A stretch of DNA of 64,000 nt from Gaiellales bacterium (lineage in GTDB: Bacteria; Actinomycetota; Thermoleophilia; Gaiellales; JAICJC01), in NCBI GenBank assembly GCA_038230835.1, contig JBBRMM010000003.1, positions 79,904 to 143,903 on the forward strand, given 5' to 3'. A model generated the notes under the pieces. The model was not told where the DNA came from and did no database searches. It saw only the letters and a list, made by a program, of their open reading frames with translations. Each line of letters opens with the position of its first letter. Positions within the stretch are counted from its first letter, which is position 1. Positions 47,289-58,200 of this stretch are shown piece after piece. The translations under genes and the position numbers were made by a program.

Positions 47289-48449
47289 ATGACCACCATC
47301 CCAGCGTTTCGGAACCATCTGCCGGTCAAGATCCGGTTTGGCGACGGAGTGTCCGGTCAACTCGCCGACGTGCTCGCCGAGGAGCGCGTGCACCGGCCGC
47401 TGGTCGTGATCGACGGCGGGCTCGAGGCGCTGGTGCCTGGGGTGGGCGAAGCATTGGCGCCGGTTTCCGGTGCCATTCGGTTCGAAAAGGATCCCGGCGA
47501 GCCGACCGTCACCCTGGTCGAGACCGCCGCCGACGCGCTTACCGCCGCGAGTTGCGACGCCGTGGTCGCGATCGGCGGCGGCTCGGCGATGGACACCGCC
47601 AAGGCGGCCAGGCTGGTGGCCGGACAGGGTGGACCCTACCTGCGGTTTGCTCAGGGAGGCGCCGCGTACGAGCCGCCGCAGATCCCGCTGATCTGCATCC
47701 CCACCACCGCCGGCACCGGATCGGAGGTCTCGGGCGGCGCCGTCATCACCGACGCCCAGACACACGTCAAGGCCGGCATCGCCAACCCGCTGCTGCGGGC
47801 GCAACACGCACTCGTCGATCCCGTACTGACCCATGGCCTGCCGGCGAGGATCACCGCCCAGACCGGGATCGACGCGCTGGCACAGGCAATCGCGGCTGTC
47901 GTGGTCAGGGTCGGCACCCCGGTCGGAGACGGGATCGCTCTCGAGGCTGTCCGGCTCGCCGCCACCGCGCTCCCCCAGGTGTTCAGGAGCGGCTCGGACT
48001 CGGCCGCACGGTCGAGGATGGCCTGTGCGAGCCTGATGGCCGGCCTGGCGATGAACATCTCCGACTGCGGCTCCGAGCACTCGCTCGGGCAGGCGCTGGG
48101 CGGCGAGTTCGGGTTGCCGCATGGGCTGACGATCGGGCTGGTGCTGGCCGAGACCATGGACCACGATCGGCTGCATGCGGCCGAGCGGTTCGAGCGGATC
48201 GCCGACGCTCTGGGCGAGCCGGCGGACGCCTCAGGCGACGGCTCGCGCGCGGTGCGAGGGATCCGGCGCATCCTCGCCGAGCTGGAATTCCCGACGCTGG
48301 CGTCGGTGGGCGTCCGCGACGAGCAGTTGGACGGACTGGCCGACAAGGCGCTTGCCGACTACTTCATCTCGGTGGCACCGCAGCCGTGGACGAAGCCCGA
48401 TGTGGTCGCCGCGTACCGCCGTGGACTGGAGCTCGGTGAGCGGCGCTAG
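47289..48449 (+). CDS. Iron-containing alcohol dehydrogenase
   Basis: AIGGGSAMDTAKA, PTTAGTGSE and GSEHSLGQALGGEFGLPHG. Confidence 0.85.
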   Translation: MTTIPAFRNHLPVKIRFGDGVSGQLADVLAEERVHRPLVVIDGGLEALVPGVGEALAPVSGAIRFEKDPGEPTVTLVETAADALTAASCDAVVAIGGGSAMDTAKAARLVAGQGGPYLRFAQGGAAYEPPQIPLICIPTTAGTGSEVSGGAVITDAQTHVKAGIANPLLRAQHALVDPVLTHGLPARITAQTGIDALAQAIAAVVVRVGTPVGDGIALEAVRLAATALPQVFRSGSDSAARSRMACASLMAGLAMNISDCGSEHSLGQALGGEFGLPHGLTIGLVLAETMDHDRLHAAERFERIADALGEPADASGDGSRAVRGIRRILAELEFPTLASVGVRDEQLDGLADKALADYFISVAPQPWTKPDVVAAYRRGLELGERR

Positions 48450-48516
48450 TCGACCGTCAGCACCGCCTCGATGGCTGCTCGCGTGGGAGAACCTGCCCGC
48501 GCAGGCTCAGGTGGTG

Positions 48517-48702
48517 ATGGCCTTCCCGACCCTGGTCGTGGCGTTGTTCGTGGTCCACATCACACTCTTGCGCCAGCCCGTGGGGCGAGGACTGCTGTAC
48601 GCGGTCTTCTGGGGGGTGCTCGCAACGTTCGCGGTGGTGATAGCCACCCGCACCGAAGCCGCCAAACGGCGGGGAACAGGAGGCCCGCCGGATGAACGGT
48701 GA
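48517..48702 (+). CDS. Small two-helix membrane protein (hypothetical)
   Basis: 61 aa with two hydrophobic stretches. Support is weak. Confidence 0.3.
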   Translation: MAFPTLVVALFVVHITLLRQPVGRGLLYAVFWGVLATFAVVIATRTEAAKRRGTGGPPDER

Positions 48703-49405
48703 TGCACTGGCGCCCGAGCGTGGTGCCCGGGTGACGCTCGACGGATCGGTGGCGGTGGTCACGGGTGCGTCGGCAGGCATTGGTCTGGCCACGGCCCGGA
48801 TGCTGCGAGAGCGCGGCTGCCGAGTGGTCGTCGCATCCCGCCGGCGGGAGCTGCTCGACCCGCTGGCGGCCGAGCTGGACGGTCTCGCCGTGACCTGCGA
48901 CGTCTCCATCTGGGAGCAGGTGAAGGCGCTCGTCGACGAGTCCGTGCGTTGGGGCGGCAGACTGGACGTGATCGTCAACAACGCGGGCTTCGGAGCCTTC
49001 GGCCAGCTGCACGAGCTTGATCCGCAGCGCACCGCGCACATGGTGGCGACCAACGTGATGGGGGTCATCCATGGCATGCGCGCCGCGGGCGAGGTGATGG
49101 TGCGGCAGCGCAGCGGCGGGATCGTCAACGTCTCGTCGATCGTGGGTGAGTTCCCCGACCCCGGGGGCGGAGCCTACGCGGCCACCAAGGCGGCGGTCGA
49201 CCTCCTGTCCCGGACCGCCTACCGTGAGCTGCGTGACCACGGCGTGCACGTGGTGAACGTCAAACCCGCGCTCACCGACACCGAGTTCTCGGCGGTTTCG
49301 CGCAACGCGCCCGGGCGGCGGGTGGGCGGTGATCCGCCGGAAAAGGTCGCCCGCTGGATCTGCGACGCGCTGGAGTCGGGATCGGCCACGGTCGGCTACA
49401 GGTAA
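48692..49405 (+). CDS. SDR family short-chain dehydrogenase/reductase
   Basis: VAVVTGASAGIGLA, NNAG and YAATKAAV. Confidence 0.85.
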   Translation: MNGDALAPERGARVTLDGSVAVVTGASAGIGLATARMLRERGCRVVVASRRRELLDPLAAELDGLAVTCDVSIWEQVKALVDESVRWGGRLDVIVNNAGFGAFGQLHELDPQRTAHMVATNVMGVIHGMRAAGEVMVRQRSGGIVNVSSIVGEFPDPGGGAYAATKAAVDLLSRTAYRELRDHGVHVVNVKPALTDTEFSAVSRNAPGRRVGGDPPEKVARWICDALESGSATVGYR

Positions 49406-49414
49406 CCTGCGGTC

Positions 49415-49990
49415 ATGCCAACCTCCACCCGACCCACCAGCTTGCCCTGGACGGGCGACGCGGAAGCCGACGCGCTGCTCGCCGCCGACCCGAACGCGCT
49501 TCTGATCGGCTTCGTGCTCGACCAGCAGGTGACCGTGCAAAAGGCGTTCGCCGGCCCGCTTGCGATCAGCCGGCGGCTGGGCCACCTCGACCCAGCCCGG
49601 ATCGCGACGACCGACCCGGCCGAGCTGGAACAGGTGTTCCGCGAGCGGCCGGCGATCCACCGCTTCCCGGGCGCGATGGCGCAGCGGGTGCAGGCATTGT
49701 GCGCGGTGCTCGCCGAACGCTACGGCGGCGACGGCGAGCGAGTGTGGAGCGAAGCTGCCACCGGCGCCGAGCTGCGACAGCGGCTGGCCGCGCTGCCGGG
49801 CATCGGTGACATGAAGGTGCGCTCTCTGACCGCCACCCTGGTCAAGCAATTCGGTGTCCGCCCGGAGGGCTACCAGAACGTCCTTCCCGATCACCCGACG
49901 CTGGGCGACGTCGACTCGGCCGAGGCGCTGGCCGCCTATCAGGCCGCCAAGCGCGCGCACAAAGCCGCCCAGCGCGAGGCGCGTCGGTGA
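49415..49990 (+). CDS. HhH-GPD-type base-excision DNA repair family protein
   Basis: LLIGFVLDQQVTVQKAF...LPGIGDMK (helix-hairpin-helix). Confidence 0.65.
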   Translation: MPTSTRPTSLPWTGDAEADALLAADPNALLIGFVLDQQVTVQKAFAGPLAISRRLGHLDPARIATTDPAELEQVFRERPAIHRFPGAMAQRVQALCAVLAERYGGDGERVWSEAATGAELRQRLAALPGIGDMKVRSLTATLVKQFGVRPEGYQNVLPDHPTLGDVDSAEALAAYQAAKRAHKAAQREARR

Positions 49991-50745
49991 TCGTCGAACG
50001 CTCGATGCACATCGAGTGGCTCTCCAACTCGTATCTGGTCGGCGACCGGGAAGGCGGTACCGGCGTGCTGATCGATTCGGGTGGCCCGCCCGAGCCGCTG
50101 GTCGCCGCCGCCGAGCGCCTCGGGCTGACGATCACCCATCTGCTGATCACGCACGCCGACCACGATCACATCGCCAACAACCACACCTACCTCGAGCGCT
50201 ACCTGGTGCCGGTCGTGGCCCACAGGACAGAGGCGGAGCGGATGGGCCGCGCCGACATCGAGGTCGACCACGGCTCGGTGATCAGCACCGGAGAGCTCGA
50301 GATCGAGGCCCTGTTCACCCCGGGCCACAGTCCCGGCCATCTCGCCTTCCTGGTCAACGGCACCGACTGTTTCACCGGCGACGTGCTGTTCAGACGCACC
50401 GTCGGCGGTACGCTGCACGACTCCTACGCCAAGCTCTGGCCGTCCGTGATGGACGTGCTGATGCCGTTGCCACACGCGACCCGAGTGCATCCCGGGCACA
50501 CCGACCCGACCACCATCGGGGAGGAGTGGGAGCAGAACGGATTCGTGCGCATCTGGCGAGGCATCGACGCCGAGGGCGACCAACACTGCGTCGCGCTCGA
50601 CCGGCCGGCCATGCTGGTACTGCGCGCGCCGGACTATGACGGCGGCACCAAGGCCTGGGTGCGGTGGGACGACACCGGGCACGACGACATCGTTCCCGGA
50701 AGCCGAGTGCAGGGGCCGGCCGGCGTTGTCACGAAAGGACACTGA
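49987..50745 (+). CDS. MBL-fold metallo-hydrolase
   Basis: ITHADHDH motif and TPGHSPGH. Confidence 0.8.
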   Translation: MIVERSMHIEWLSNSYLVGDREGGTGVLIDSGGPPEPLVAAAERLGLTITHLLITHADHDHIANNHTYLERYLVPVVAHRTEAERMGRADIEVDHGSVISTGELEIEALFTPGHSPGHLAFLVNGTDCFTGDVLFRRTVGGTLHDSYAKLWPSVMDVLMPLPHATRVHPGHTDPTTIGEEWEQNGFVRIWRGIDAEGDQHCVALDRPAMLVLRAPDYDGGTKAWVRWDDTGHDDIVPGSRVQGPAGVVTKGH

Positions 50746-50747
50746 CC

Positions 50748-51683
50748 ATGGTTGCACAGGCTGAGCAGACCCTCACCCAGGCCACCAGGGGCCGCAAAAT
50801 CTCGACGGTGGTGATCACCGTGCTGCCGTTCCTGGGCCTGGTGGCGGCGGTCGCCCTGCTGTGGGACAGCGCCGTCGGCTGGACCGACCTGGGGCTGATG
50901 GCGGGCCTGTATCTGGTGTGTGGATTCGGGATCACGATCGGGTTCCACCGCATGCTCACGCACCGCGCCTTCGACGCGGTGGCGCCGCTGAAGGCGCTGC
51001 TCCTGGTATCAGGGTCGATCGCGATCCAGGGCTCGGCGATCGACTGGGCGGTCGACCACCGCACCCACCACGCGTTCTCCGACAAGGAGGGTGACCCACA
51101 CAGCCCGCATGCGGGCTACGACGACTCCGTCTGGGGCCAGGTCAAGGGCCTCGTGCATGCGCACATCGGGTGGATGTTCGACCACGACCACCTTCAGAGC
51201 GAGCGCCAGCGCTACGCGAAGGACCTGCTCGCCGACCGCATGGTGATGTTCGTCGATCGCACGTTCGTGGTCTGGGTGGTGGTGTCGTTCGCACTTCCCT
51301 TCGCGCTCGGCGGCCTGATCACCCAGAGCTGGCGGGGCGCGTTCACAGGCCTCGTATGGGGTGGCCTGGTGCGCCTCTTCTTCAATCACCACGTGACCTG
51401 GAGCGTCAACTCCATCTGCCACTTCTTCGGCCGCAAGCCATTTGCAGCGGGCGATCACTCGACCAACAACTGGGTGCTGGCGCTGCCGTCGCTGGGTGAG
51501 TCGTGGCACCACAACCACCACGTCTTTCCAAGCTCGGCCTTCCACGGCCTCTCCCCCAGCCAGATCGACCTCTCCGCGCTGCTGATCCGTGGATGGGAGA
51601 AGGTGGGTCTGGTACGCAACGTGCGCAAGCCGACGGCCGAGCAGATCGGTCGCAAGATGGCCGGCGCGCACGGCGCCGGTTAG
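50748..51683 (+). CDS. Acyl-CoA (stearoyl-CoA type) fatty acid desaturase
   Basis: Three histidine boxes are present: HRMLTHR, HRTHHAFSD and HNHHVF. The protein is membrane-embedded. Confidence 0.85.
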   Translation: MVAQAEQTLTQATRGRKISTVVITVLPFLGLVAAVALLWDSAVGWTDLGLMAGLYLVCGFGITIGFHRMLTHRAFDAVAPLKALLLVSGSIAIQGSAIDWAVDHRTHHAFSDKEGDPHSPHAGYDDSVWGQVKGLVHAHIGWMFDHDHLQSERQRYAKDLLADRMVMFVDRTFVVWVVVSFALPFALGGLITQSWRGAFTGLVWGGLVRLFFNHHVTWSVNSICHFFGRKPFAAGDHSTNNWVLALPSLGESWHHNHHVFPSSAFHGLSPSQIDLSALLIRGWEKVGLVRNVRKPTAEQIGRKMAGAHGAG

Positions 51684-51707
51684 GACGCGGCCCCGGCCGC
51701 CGCGGTC

Positions 51708-52550
51708 ATGAGCGAACCGACCGGCCGCATCCTGCAGGGCGACAATCTCGACCACCTGCCCGGGCTCGCGGACGGGTCATTTCGGATGGTCTACGTCGAC
51801 CCCCCGTTCAACACCGGCCGCACCCGTACGCGCCACACCACCGTCGCCACCGCCGATCCCGGGGGGGATCGGACAGGCTTCGGCGGCCGCCGCTACCGGA
51901 CGCGCGTGATCGGCTCGTCGGCGTACACGGACTCCTACGACGACTACATCGGCTTTCTCGAGCCGCGGCTGGCCCACGCACACCGCGTGCTCGACGCCGA
52001 GGGCACGCTGTACGTGCACCTCGACTACCGCGAGGCGCACCGCGTGAAGCTCCTGCTCGACCGGCTGTTCGGCGCCGACTGCTTCATCAACGAGCTGATC
52101 TGGGCATACGACTACGGAGGCAAGCCCCGGCGCCGCTGGCCGGCCAAGCACGACACGATATTGATGTACGTGCGCGACCCCAAGGCCTACTGGTTCGACG
52201 CAGCCGAGGTGGAGCGGGAGCCGTACATGGCACCCGGCCTCGTGACGCCCGAAAAGGCCGCCCGCGGCAAGATGCCGACCGACGTCTGGTGGCATACCAT
52301 CGTCTCACCCACCGGGCACGAGAAGACCGGCTATCCGACCCAGAAGCCGGAGGGACTGGTGCGCAGGATGCTGCTGGCCTCGACCCGCCCGGGCGACGCG
52401 GTGCTCGACTTCTTCGCCGGATCGGGCACGGTGGGAGCGGTGGCGCAGAAGCTCAACCGCCGGTTCGTGCTGATCGACAACAACCCCGAGGCGATCCGCG
52501 TCATGGAACAGCGGCTGGGGCTTCGATCACTCGCACTCCCGCGGGCGTAG
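51708..52550 (+). CDS. Site-specific DNA methyltransferase (N4/N6, beta class), orphan
   Basis: The motif order is DPPF then FxGSGT: VYVDPPFNTGR and DFFAGSGTVGAVA. I see no restriction endonuclease gene nearby. Confidence 0.8.
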   Translation: MSEPTGRILQGDNLDHLPGLADGSFRMVYVDPPFNTGRTRTRHTTVATADPGGDRTGFGGRRYRTRVIGSSAYTDSYDDYIGFLEPRLAHAHRVLDAEGTLYVHLDYREAHRVKLLLDRLFGADCFINELIWAYDYGGKPRRRWPAKHDTILMYVRDPKAYWFDAAEVEREPYMAPGLVTPEKAARGKMPTDVWWHTIVSPTGHEKTGYPTQKPEGLVRRMLLASTRPGDAVLDFFAGSGTVGAVAQKLNRRFVLIDNNPEAIRVMEQRLGLRSLALPRA

Positions 52551-53205
52551 CGACCACCGCACGTCGGGCGACATCCAGGAAGAAGCCATGTGCGACCACC
52601 CCGGGTACCGCGGACACCGAGTGCGCAAGGCGCTCGGGATCGCTCCAGTCGGTCCGCCGACAATCCAGGATCCAGTTCCCCTCGTCGGTCACGAACGGCC
52701 CCGACGAACCGGCCGGGCGCAGGTGCGGCGACCAGCCGAGCTCCTCGAGCAGCCGTTCGCAGACGGGGAGCGCGAATGGGATCACCTCCACGGGCAGCGG
52801 CGCCGTCCGACCCAGCCGGTCGACCAGCTTCGACTCGTCGGCGACCACGACCATCCGCCGACCGGCGTACGCAACCACCTTCTCCCGCAGATGGGCGCCA
52901 CCGAGGCCCTTGATCAGGCGCAGCTGCGGATCGATCTCGTCGGCACCGTCGAGCACCACGTCCAGCCGAGGGGTCTGTGCGAGCGTGGACAGGGCGATCC
53001 CCAGCTCGCGACATCGAGCGGCGGTGGCCTTCGACGTGGGGACGCCGACGATGTCCGAGAGCCGGCCGTCGGCCAGCCGCTCGGCGAGCGCGTCCAGCAT
53101 CTGCATCGCGGTCGAGCCCGTCCCCAGCCCCACTCGCATGCCCGAGCGCACCTCGAGCTCGACGGCCCGCTCGGCAGCGACCCGCTTGAGATCTGCCGCG
53201 CTCAC
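52501..53205 (-). CDS. rpiA: Ribose-5-phosphate isomerase A
   Basis: [16 protein letters not shown] and [12 protein letters not shown]. The GTG start at 53205 overlaps the upstream stop. Confidence 0.85.
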   Translation of the reverse strand: MSAADLKRVAAERAVELEVRSGMRVGLGTGSTAMQMLDALAERLADGRLSDIVGVPTSKATAARCRELGIALSTLAQTPRLDVVLDGADEIDPQLRLIKGLGGAHLREKVVAYAGRRMVVVADESKLVDRLGRTAPLPVEVIPFALPVCERLLEELGWSPHLRPAGSSGPFVTDEGNWILDCRRTDWSDPERLAHSVSAVPGVVAHGFFLDVARRAVVATPAGVRVIEAPAAVP

Positions 53206-55226
53206 CCGGCCAGCGCCCGCCGGACCTGATCGGGAGCGGTGAGCGGCAGGCGACAGGCGAACCGCTCGCAGATGTAGACGGCGGGGCGGCCGTCCACCGG
53301 CTCGCGCCCGGCCAGCAGCGCCGGCCACTCCTCATCGCCCGACCCAAACGCAAACACCGTCGTGGGGTTGAAGCCCTCGAGCGCCGCGTCCGCCAGTTCC
53401 CGGGTGACGGGATCGGCGAGCGGCCCGACGACCGCAACCTCGCGTGGAACCGCCAGCAGAAGATCGGCGAGCGACAGCATCTGCCCGAACGCGTGCGGCA
53501 TGCGCGCGAGCTGCTCGACGGTCAAGCCCAGCACACGCTCGGCCAGCCGCTCCCGCTCATGATCGCCGTCCAGCCGGCCCAGCCGCGCAAGCACGTTCGC
53601 CATCAGCGAGTTACCCGACGGCGTGGGGTTGTCGTCGAACTCCTTGCGCTTGGCGATCATCGGCTCGCCGTCCGAGGCTGAGAAGAAGAACCCGCCCCGC
53701 TGCGGATCTCCGAATCGCTCCAGGGTCACCCGGGCGATCGATTCGGCCCGCCGGAGGTACTCGGGTTCGCCGGTGAAGCGGTGCAGCTCGAGCAGGCCGT
53801 GCGCGACCGCGGCGTGGTCCTCCAGGTAGCCGGGGATGTGCGCGCGGCCGGCCCGATAGGTGCGCAGCAGGCGGCCCGAACCGTCACTCATGCGCTCGTG
53901 TAGAAACTCGGCCAGCGCGCGGGCGGCGTCGAGCACGTCGGCCCGACCCAACCGCCGGCCAACCTGCGCCATTGCCGCCAGGGCAAGACCATTCCAACTC
54001 GCAATGACCTTGTCGTCGCGACCGGGCTGAGCCCGCTTTCGGCGTATTTCCAGGAGTTTGCGGTTGATCTCGACGATCTGCGGTGTGACCTCGAGCACGG
54101 GACGCAGGATCGACGCACCTTCGAAGTTGCCCTCCTCCGTGATCCCGTAGAACTCGATCGCGGCCGCCCCATCCGCGTCTCCCAGCGCCCGCCGGAGCTC
54201 CCCGGGCGTCCACACGAAGGTTGCGCCCTCTTCGCCCAGCGTATCCGCATCCTGGGACGATGCGAGGCCCCCGTCGGGCAGCCAGAGCTCGCGCAGCATG
54301 TAGTCCACGGTGGCCTCCGCCACCGCCCGGTGCCGCGGCTCGCCGGTGACGGCGTGGGCCTCGATGTAGGCGGTGGCCAGCAACGCGTTGTCGTACAGCA
54401 TCTTCTCGAAGTGCGGCACCAGCCACCGCTGGTCGACCGAGTAGCGATGGAACCCGCCGCCGAGCACGTCGTACATCCCGCCCGCGGCCATGCCGTCGAG
54501 GGTGCCGACTGCCATTTCGAGCGCCTGGACGCGGCCGGTGCGCACGTGGTGGCGGAGCAGGAAGCCGATCAGCGGGCCCGGCGGAAACTTGGGAGCCGCT
54601 CCAAAACCGCCCCAGCGCGGGTCGTACAGCTCACCCAGCCGGTCGACCGCCTGGTCCATCAGCTCGTCGCTCGGCAGCAACGACGACGGTTCCCGATCGG
54701 CCGACTCGGCCAATCCCGCAGTCATCCGCTCGGCGAACGCGGCGACGTCGTCGCGCCGCGCCCGCCAGCTCTCCTCGATCGCGGCCAGCAACTGGCGAAA
54801 GCTCGGCATCCCGTGCCGCGGCTCGGGGGGAAAGTAGGTGCCGCCGTAGAACGGGCGACCGTCCGGGGTCACGAACACCGTCAGCGGCCATCCGCCGTGC
54901 CCGGTCATGCTGACCACGGCGTCCATGTAGACCGCGTCCACGTCCGGGCGCTCTTCTCGGTCGACCTTCACGTTCACGAACATGCTGTTCATGAGCTCCG
55001 CGGTGTGTGGATCGGAGAACGACTCGTGCTCCATCACGTGACACCAGTGACACGCGGAATAGCCGACCGACAGCAGCACCGGTACGTCGCGCCGGCGGGC
55101 CTCGGCGAATGCCTCGTCGCCCCACGGCCGCCAGTCGACCGGGTTCTCCCGATGCTGGAGCAGATAGGGGGAGGTCTCTGCGGCGAGCCGGTTCACCGCC
55201 GTCAGACTACCCGTGTCAGGCGACAA
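53202..55226 (-). CDS. Thioredoxin-domain (DUF255) / six-hairpin glycosidase-like protein, YyaL family
   Basis: [22 protein letters not shown]...[13 protein letters not shown]. Confidence 0.85.
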   Translation of the reverse strand: MSPDTGSLTAVNRLAAETSPYLLQHRENPVDWRPWGDEAFAEARRRDVPVLLSVGYSACHWCHVMEHESFSDPHTAELMNSMFVNVKVDREERPDVDAVYMDAVVSMTGHGGWPLTVFVTPDGRPFYGGTYFPPEPRHGMPSFRQLLAAIEESWRARRDDVAAFAERMTAGLAESADREPSSLLPSDELMDQAVDRLGELYDPRWGGFGAAPKFPPGPLIGFLLRHHVRTGRVQALEMAVGTLDGMAAGGMYDVLGGGFHRYSVDQRWLVPHFEKMLYDNALLATAYIEAHAVTGEPRHRAVAEATVDYMLRELWLPDGGLASSQDADTLGEEGATFVWTPGELRRALGDADGAAAIEFYGITEEGNFEGASILRPVLEVTPQIVEINRKLLEIRRKRAQPGRDDKVIASWNGLALAAMAQVGRRLGRADVLDAARALAEFLHERMSDGSGRLLRTYRAGRAHIPGYLEDHAAVAHGLLELHRFTGEPEYLRRAESIARVTLERFGDPQRGGFFFSASDGEPMIAKRKEFDDNPTPSGNSLMANVLARLGRLDGDHERERLAERVLGLTVEQLARMPHAFGQMLSLADLLLAVPREVAVVGPLADPVTRELADAALEGFNPTTVFAFGSGDEEWPALLAGREPVDGRPAVYICERFACRLPLTAPDQVRRALAG

Positions 55227-58200
55227 CCTGACGGATCTGGTGCACCATGACCATGATCAGCGAGCCGTCGTCGGCGGTGGTCGCCCCGACGTTCTCCATC
55301 AGCTTGGACAGCCGCTCGTAGGGGTCGACGCGGGTGGCCAGATAGCTCTCGACCGCCGTGTCGATGGCCTCGCCCCCCGCCCGGTCGAGCACCCGCGCGA
55401 CGATCTGGCGGCGCAGCAGGCGAAGGTCGTCGAGCATGGTCGCCCACGCCAGTCGCTGCCAACGGGTTGCGGCCGGCAGATCGACCACCCGGTCCTCGAT
55501 CACGTCCAGGAACAAGCGCTCGCCGACGAGGAAGAATCCGTGCGCCACGTCCGGCACCGACCGCTTCGCGTCGCGCGCCACCGCGAGGATGTCCGGCGCG
55601 AACACGAGGTCGGGTACGGCGGCTCCAAACCGCGCCGGGCGCTCGGGGACATCGGCCTCCAGCAGGGCCTCGAGACGGCCGTCATAGGCGATCCGCCAGG
55701 CCGTGGTCGCCGAGTCCTGGAGGCTCGCCACGAGCTCCGCGAAGCCGGCCGCGGCGCGCTCGATCTCGAAACTCAGATCGAGCCCCGGAGTGTTGTGCAG
55801 ATACCAGCGTGACAGTTGCTCGTTCATCGCGTCGATCCCGTCCATCAGGCCGCTCTGCACTTCGGGGTCGACAATGCCGTCCAGCCGCTCGACATCCTCC
55901 CACCGCCCGCGGGCACCACTCACCTCACGGGCGACCAGGAACGCACGCACGACCTCGTCCGCAGCCGCGCCCGTCTCGGCGACCATGCGCTGCACGAAGG
56001 TCGTCCCCATCGAGTTGATGACCTCGTTGGTGACGATGGTGGCGATCAGTTCCCTGCGGAGTGGATGGGCGGCCAGCAGACCGCCGAAGCGGTCGACGAC
56101 GGAGGCCGGAAAATAGTCGCGCATGCACGACTGCAGGTGCGGGTCGTCCGGTAGCTCCGAGCGCAGCACCTGTGCACGCAGAAGCCGCTTGGCGTAGGCA
56201 AGGAGCACGCACAGCTCCGGCCTGACCAATCCGAGTCCGGCGGCTTCACGCTCTGCCATCCGATCCGTGGACGGCAGGAACTCCAGGTCGCGCTCGAGCA
56301 TGCCGTGCTGCTCGAGCTCGGACATCAGATCCTCGTACGCCTCCATCCGCCGTGCCGCCACCGCGGACTCCTGCGAGAGGATCTGAGCCTGGAGGTAGTT
56401 GTCGTACAGGACATGGGCGACCACGTCAACGGCGGCCTCCTGCAGGAGCACATCCCGACCTTCGCGCGCCAGCTCACCGGCCTCGACGGCGAGCGCGAGC
56501 AGGATCTTGAGGTTGACCTCGTGGTCGGAGCAGTCCACCCCACCGGCGTTGTCGATCGCATCCGTGTTGATACGGCCACCCGCGTGGGCGTACTCGATCC
56601 GGCCGAGCTGGGTGAAGCCGAGATTGCCGCCCTCGCCGACCACCAGCGCGCGCAACTCGCGGCCGTCAACCCGCACCGCGTCGTTCGCCCGGTCGCCGAC
56701 GTCGGCGTGAGTCTCAGTGGACGCCTTGACGTAGGTGCCGATGCCGCCGTTCCAGAGCAGGTCGACCCCCGCCCGGAGGATCGCCTGGATCAGCTCGGTC
56801 GGTGTGAGGGCCTCCGCCTCGACGCCGAGAGCCGCGCGAGCCTGCGGCGACAGCGGCACCGACTTCGCCGACCGCGGCCACACGCCACCGCCCTCGGAGA
56901 GCAGCGAGCGGTCGTAGTCGTCCCATGAGCTGGTGGGAAGATTGAACAGGCGCACGCGCTCGGCGAACGCGGATGCAGCATCGGGCTCCGGATCGATGAA
57001 GACGTGGCGGTGGTCGAAGGCGGCAACCAGGCGCAGCCGCGGCGCGAGCATCATTCCGTTGCCGAAGACGTCACCGGACATGTCCCCCACGCCCACCGCT
57101 GTGAACGGCTCGACGGTGACGTCGCGGCCAACCTCCCGGAAGTGCCGCTTGACGCTCTCCCAGGCCCCCTTGGCCGTGATCCCGAGAGCCTTGTGGTCGT
57201 AGCCGGCCGAACCGCCGGACGCGAAGGCGTCGCCCAGCCAGAAGCCGTACTCGGCCGACACGGCGTTGGCGGTGTCGGACAGGTGTGCGGTGCCCTTGTC
57301 GGCGGCCACCACGAGGTACGCGTCGTCCTCCGCGTCCAGCACACGCACGTCGGGCGGCCGCACGACCATGCCGGCGACGATGTTGTCGGTGATGTCGAGC
57401 ATGCCGCGGATCAGGGTGACGTACTGGCGGCGCTCCTCCTCGAGCAGGGCCGGCCGCTCCGGCGGGGGATGTTTGAGGATGAAGCCGCCCTTCGCGCCCA
57501 CCGGGACGATCACCGCGTTCTTGACCATCTGCGCCTTCATCAAGCCGAGGATCTCGGTGCGGTAGTCCTCCAATCGGTCAGACCATCTGATGCCACCCCG
57601 GGCGACCGCCCCTCCGCGCAGGTGGACGCCGGCCATCGATGGTGAAAAGACGAAGATCTCCCACAACGGCACCGGCTTGGGCATGCCCGGCACCTCGGCG
57701 CAGCGCAACTTGAACGAGATGTGCTCGCTCTCGCCGCTGCGTACATAGGCGTTGGTGCGCACGGTGGCGACGATCAGGCCGAGGTAGCCGCGCAGGATCC
57801 GGTCGTCGTCCAGGCTGGACACCCGCTCGAGCGCCGCCAGGATCTGCTGTTCGAGCTCCTGCGAGCGCGCCTCGTCGAGCTCGCGAGTGGGGTCGAAGCG
57901 GCACTCGAACAGCTCCACCAACAGCCGAGCCACCTCGGAATTGCGCACCAGGCAGTCGTTCTGGTACCTGCTCGTGAATTGCGCACCGAGCAGTTGGCGG
58001 TACTCCCGGTACGCCCGCAGGATGGTCACCTGACGCCAGGTCAGACCAGCCACCACGACCAGCCGGTTGAGCCAGTCGCTGCCGGCCCGCCCGTCCCACA
58101 CCGCGCTCACGGTGTCGGCCACCAGCGGTTGCAGCTCGTCGAGCTCGAGCGGTCGGTTGTCAGGCCCCAGAACGCCGAAGTCATGCAGGTAGCGACCTTC

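Noticed and set aside
45839-47329. 496-aa minus-strand ORF spanning the ferritin and MOSC region
   Set aside because: It overlaps the ferritin gene in another frame and runs antisense to the MOSC gene. It has no motifs and is a high-GC artefact.
51503-53242. 579-aa plus-strand ORF across the methyltransferase and rpiA genes
   Set aside because: The translation is extremely Arg/Pro/Ser-rich. Both overlapped genes have clear catalytic motifs in other frames.
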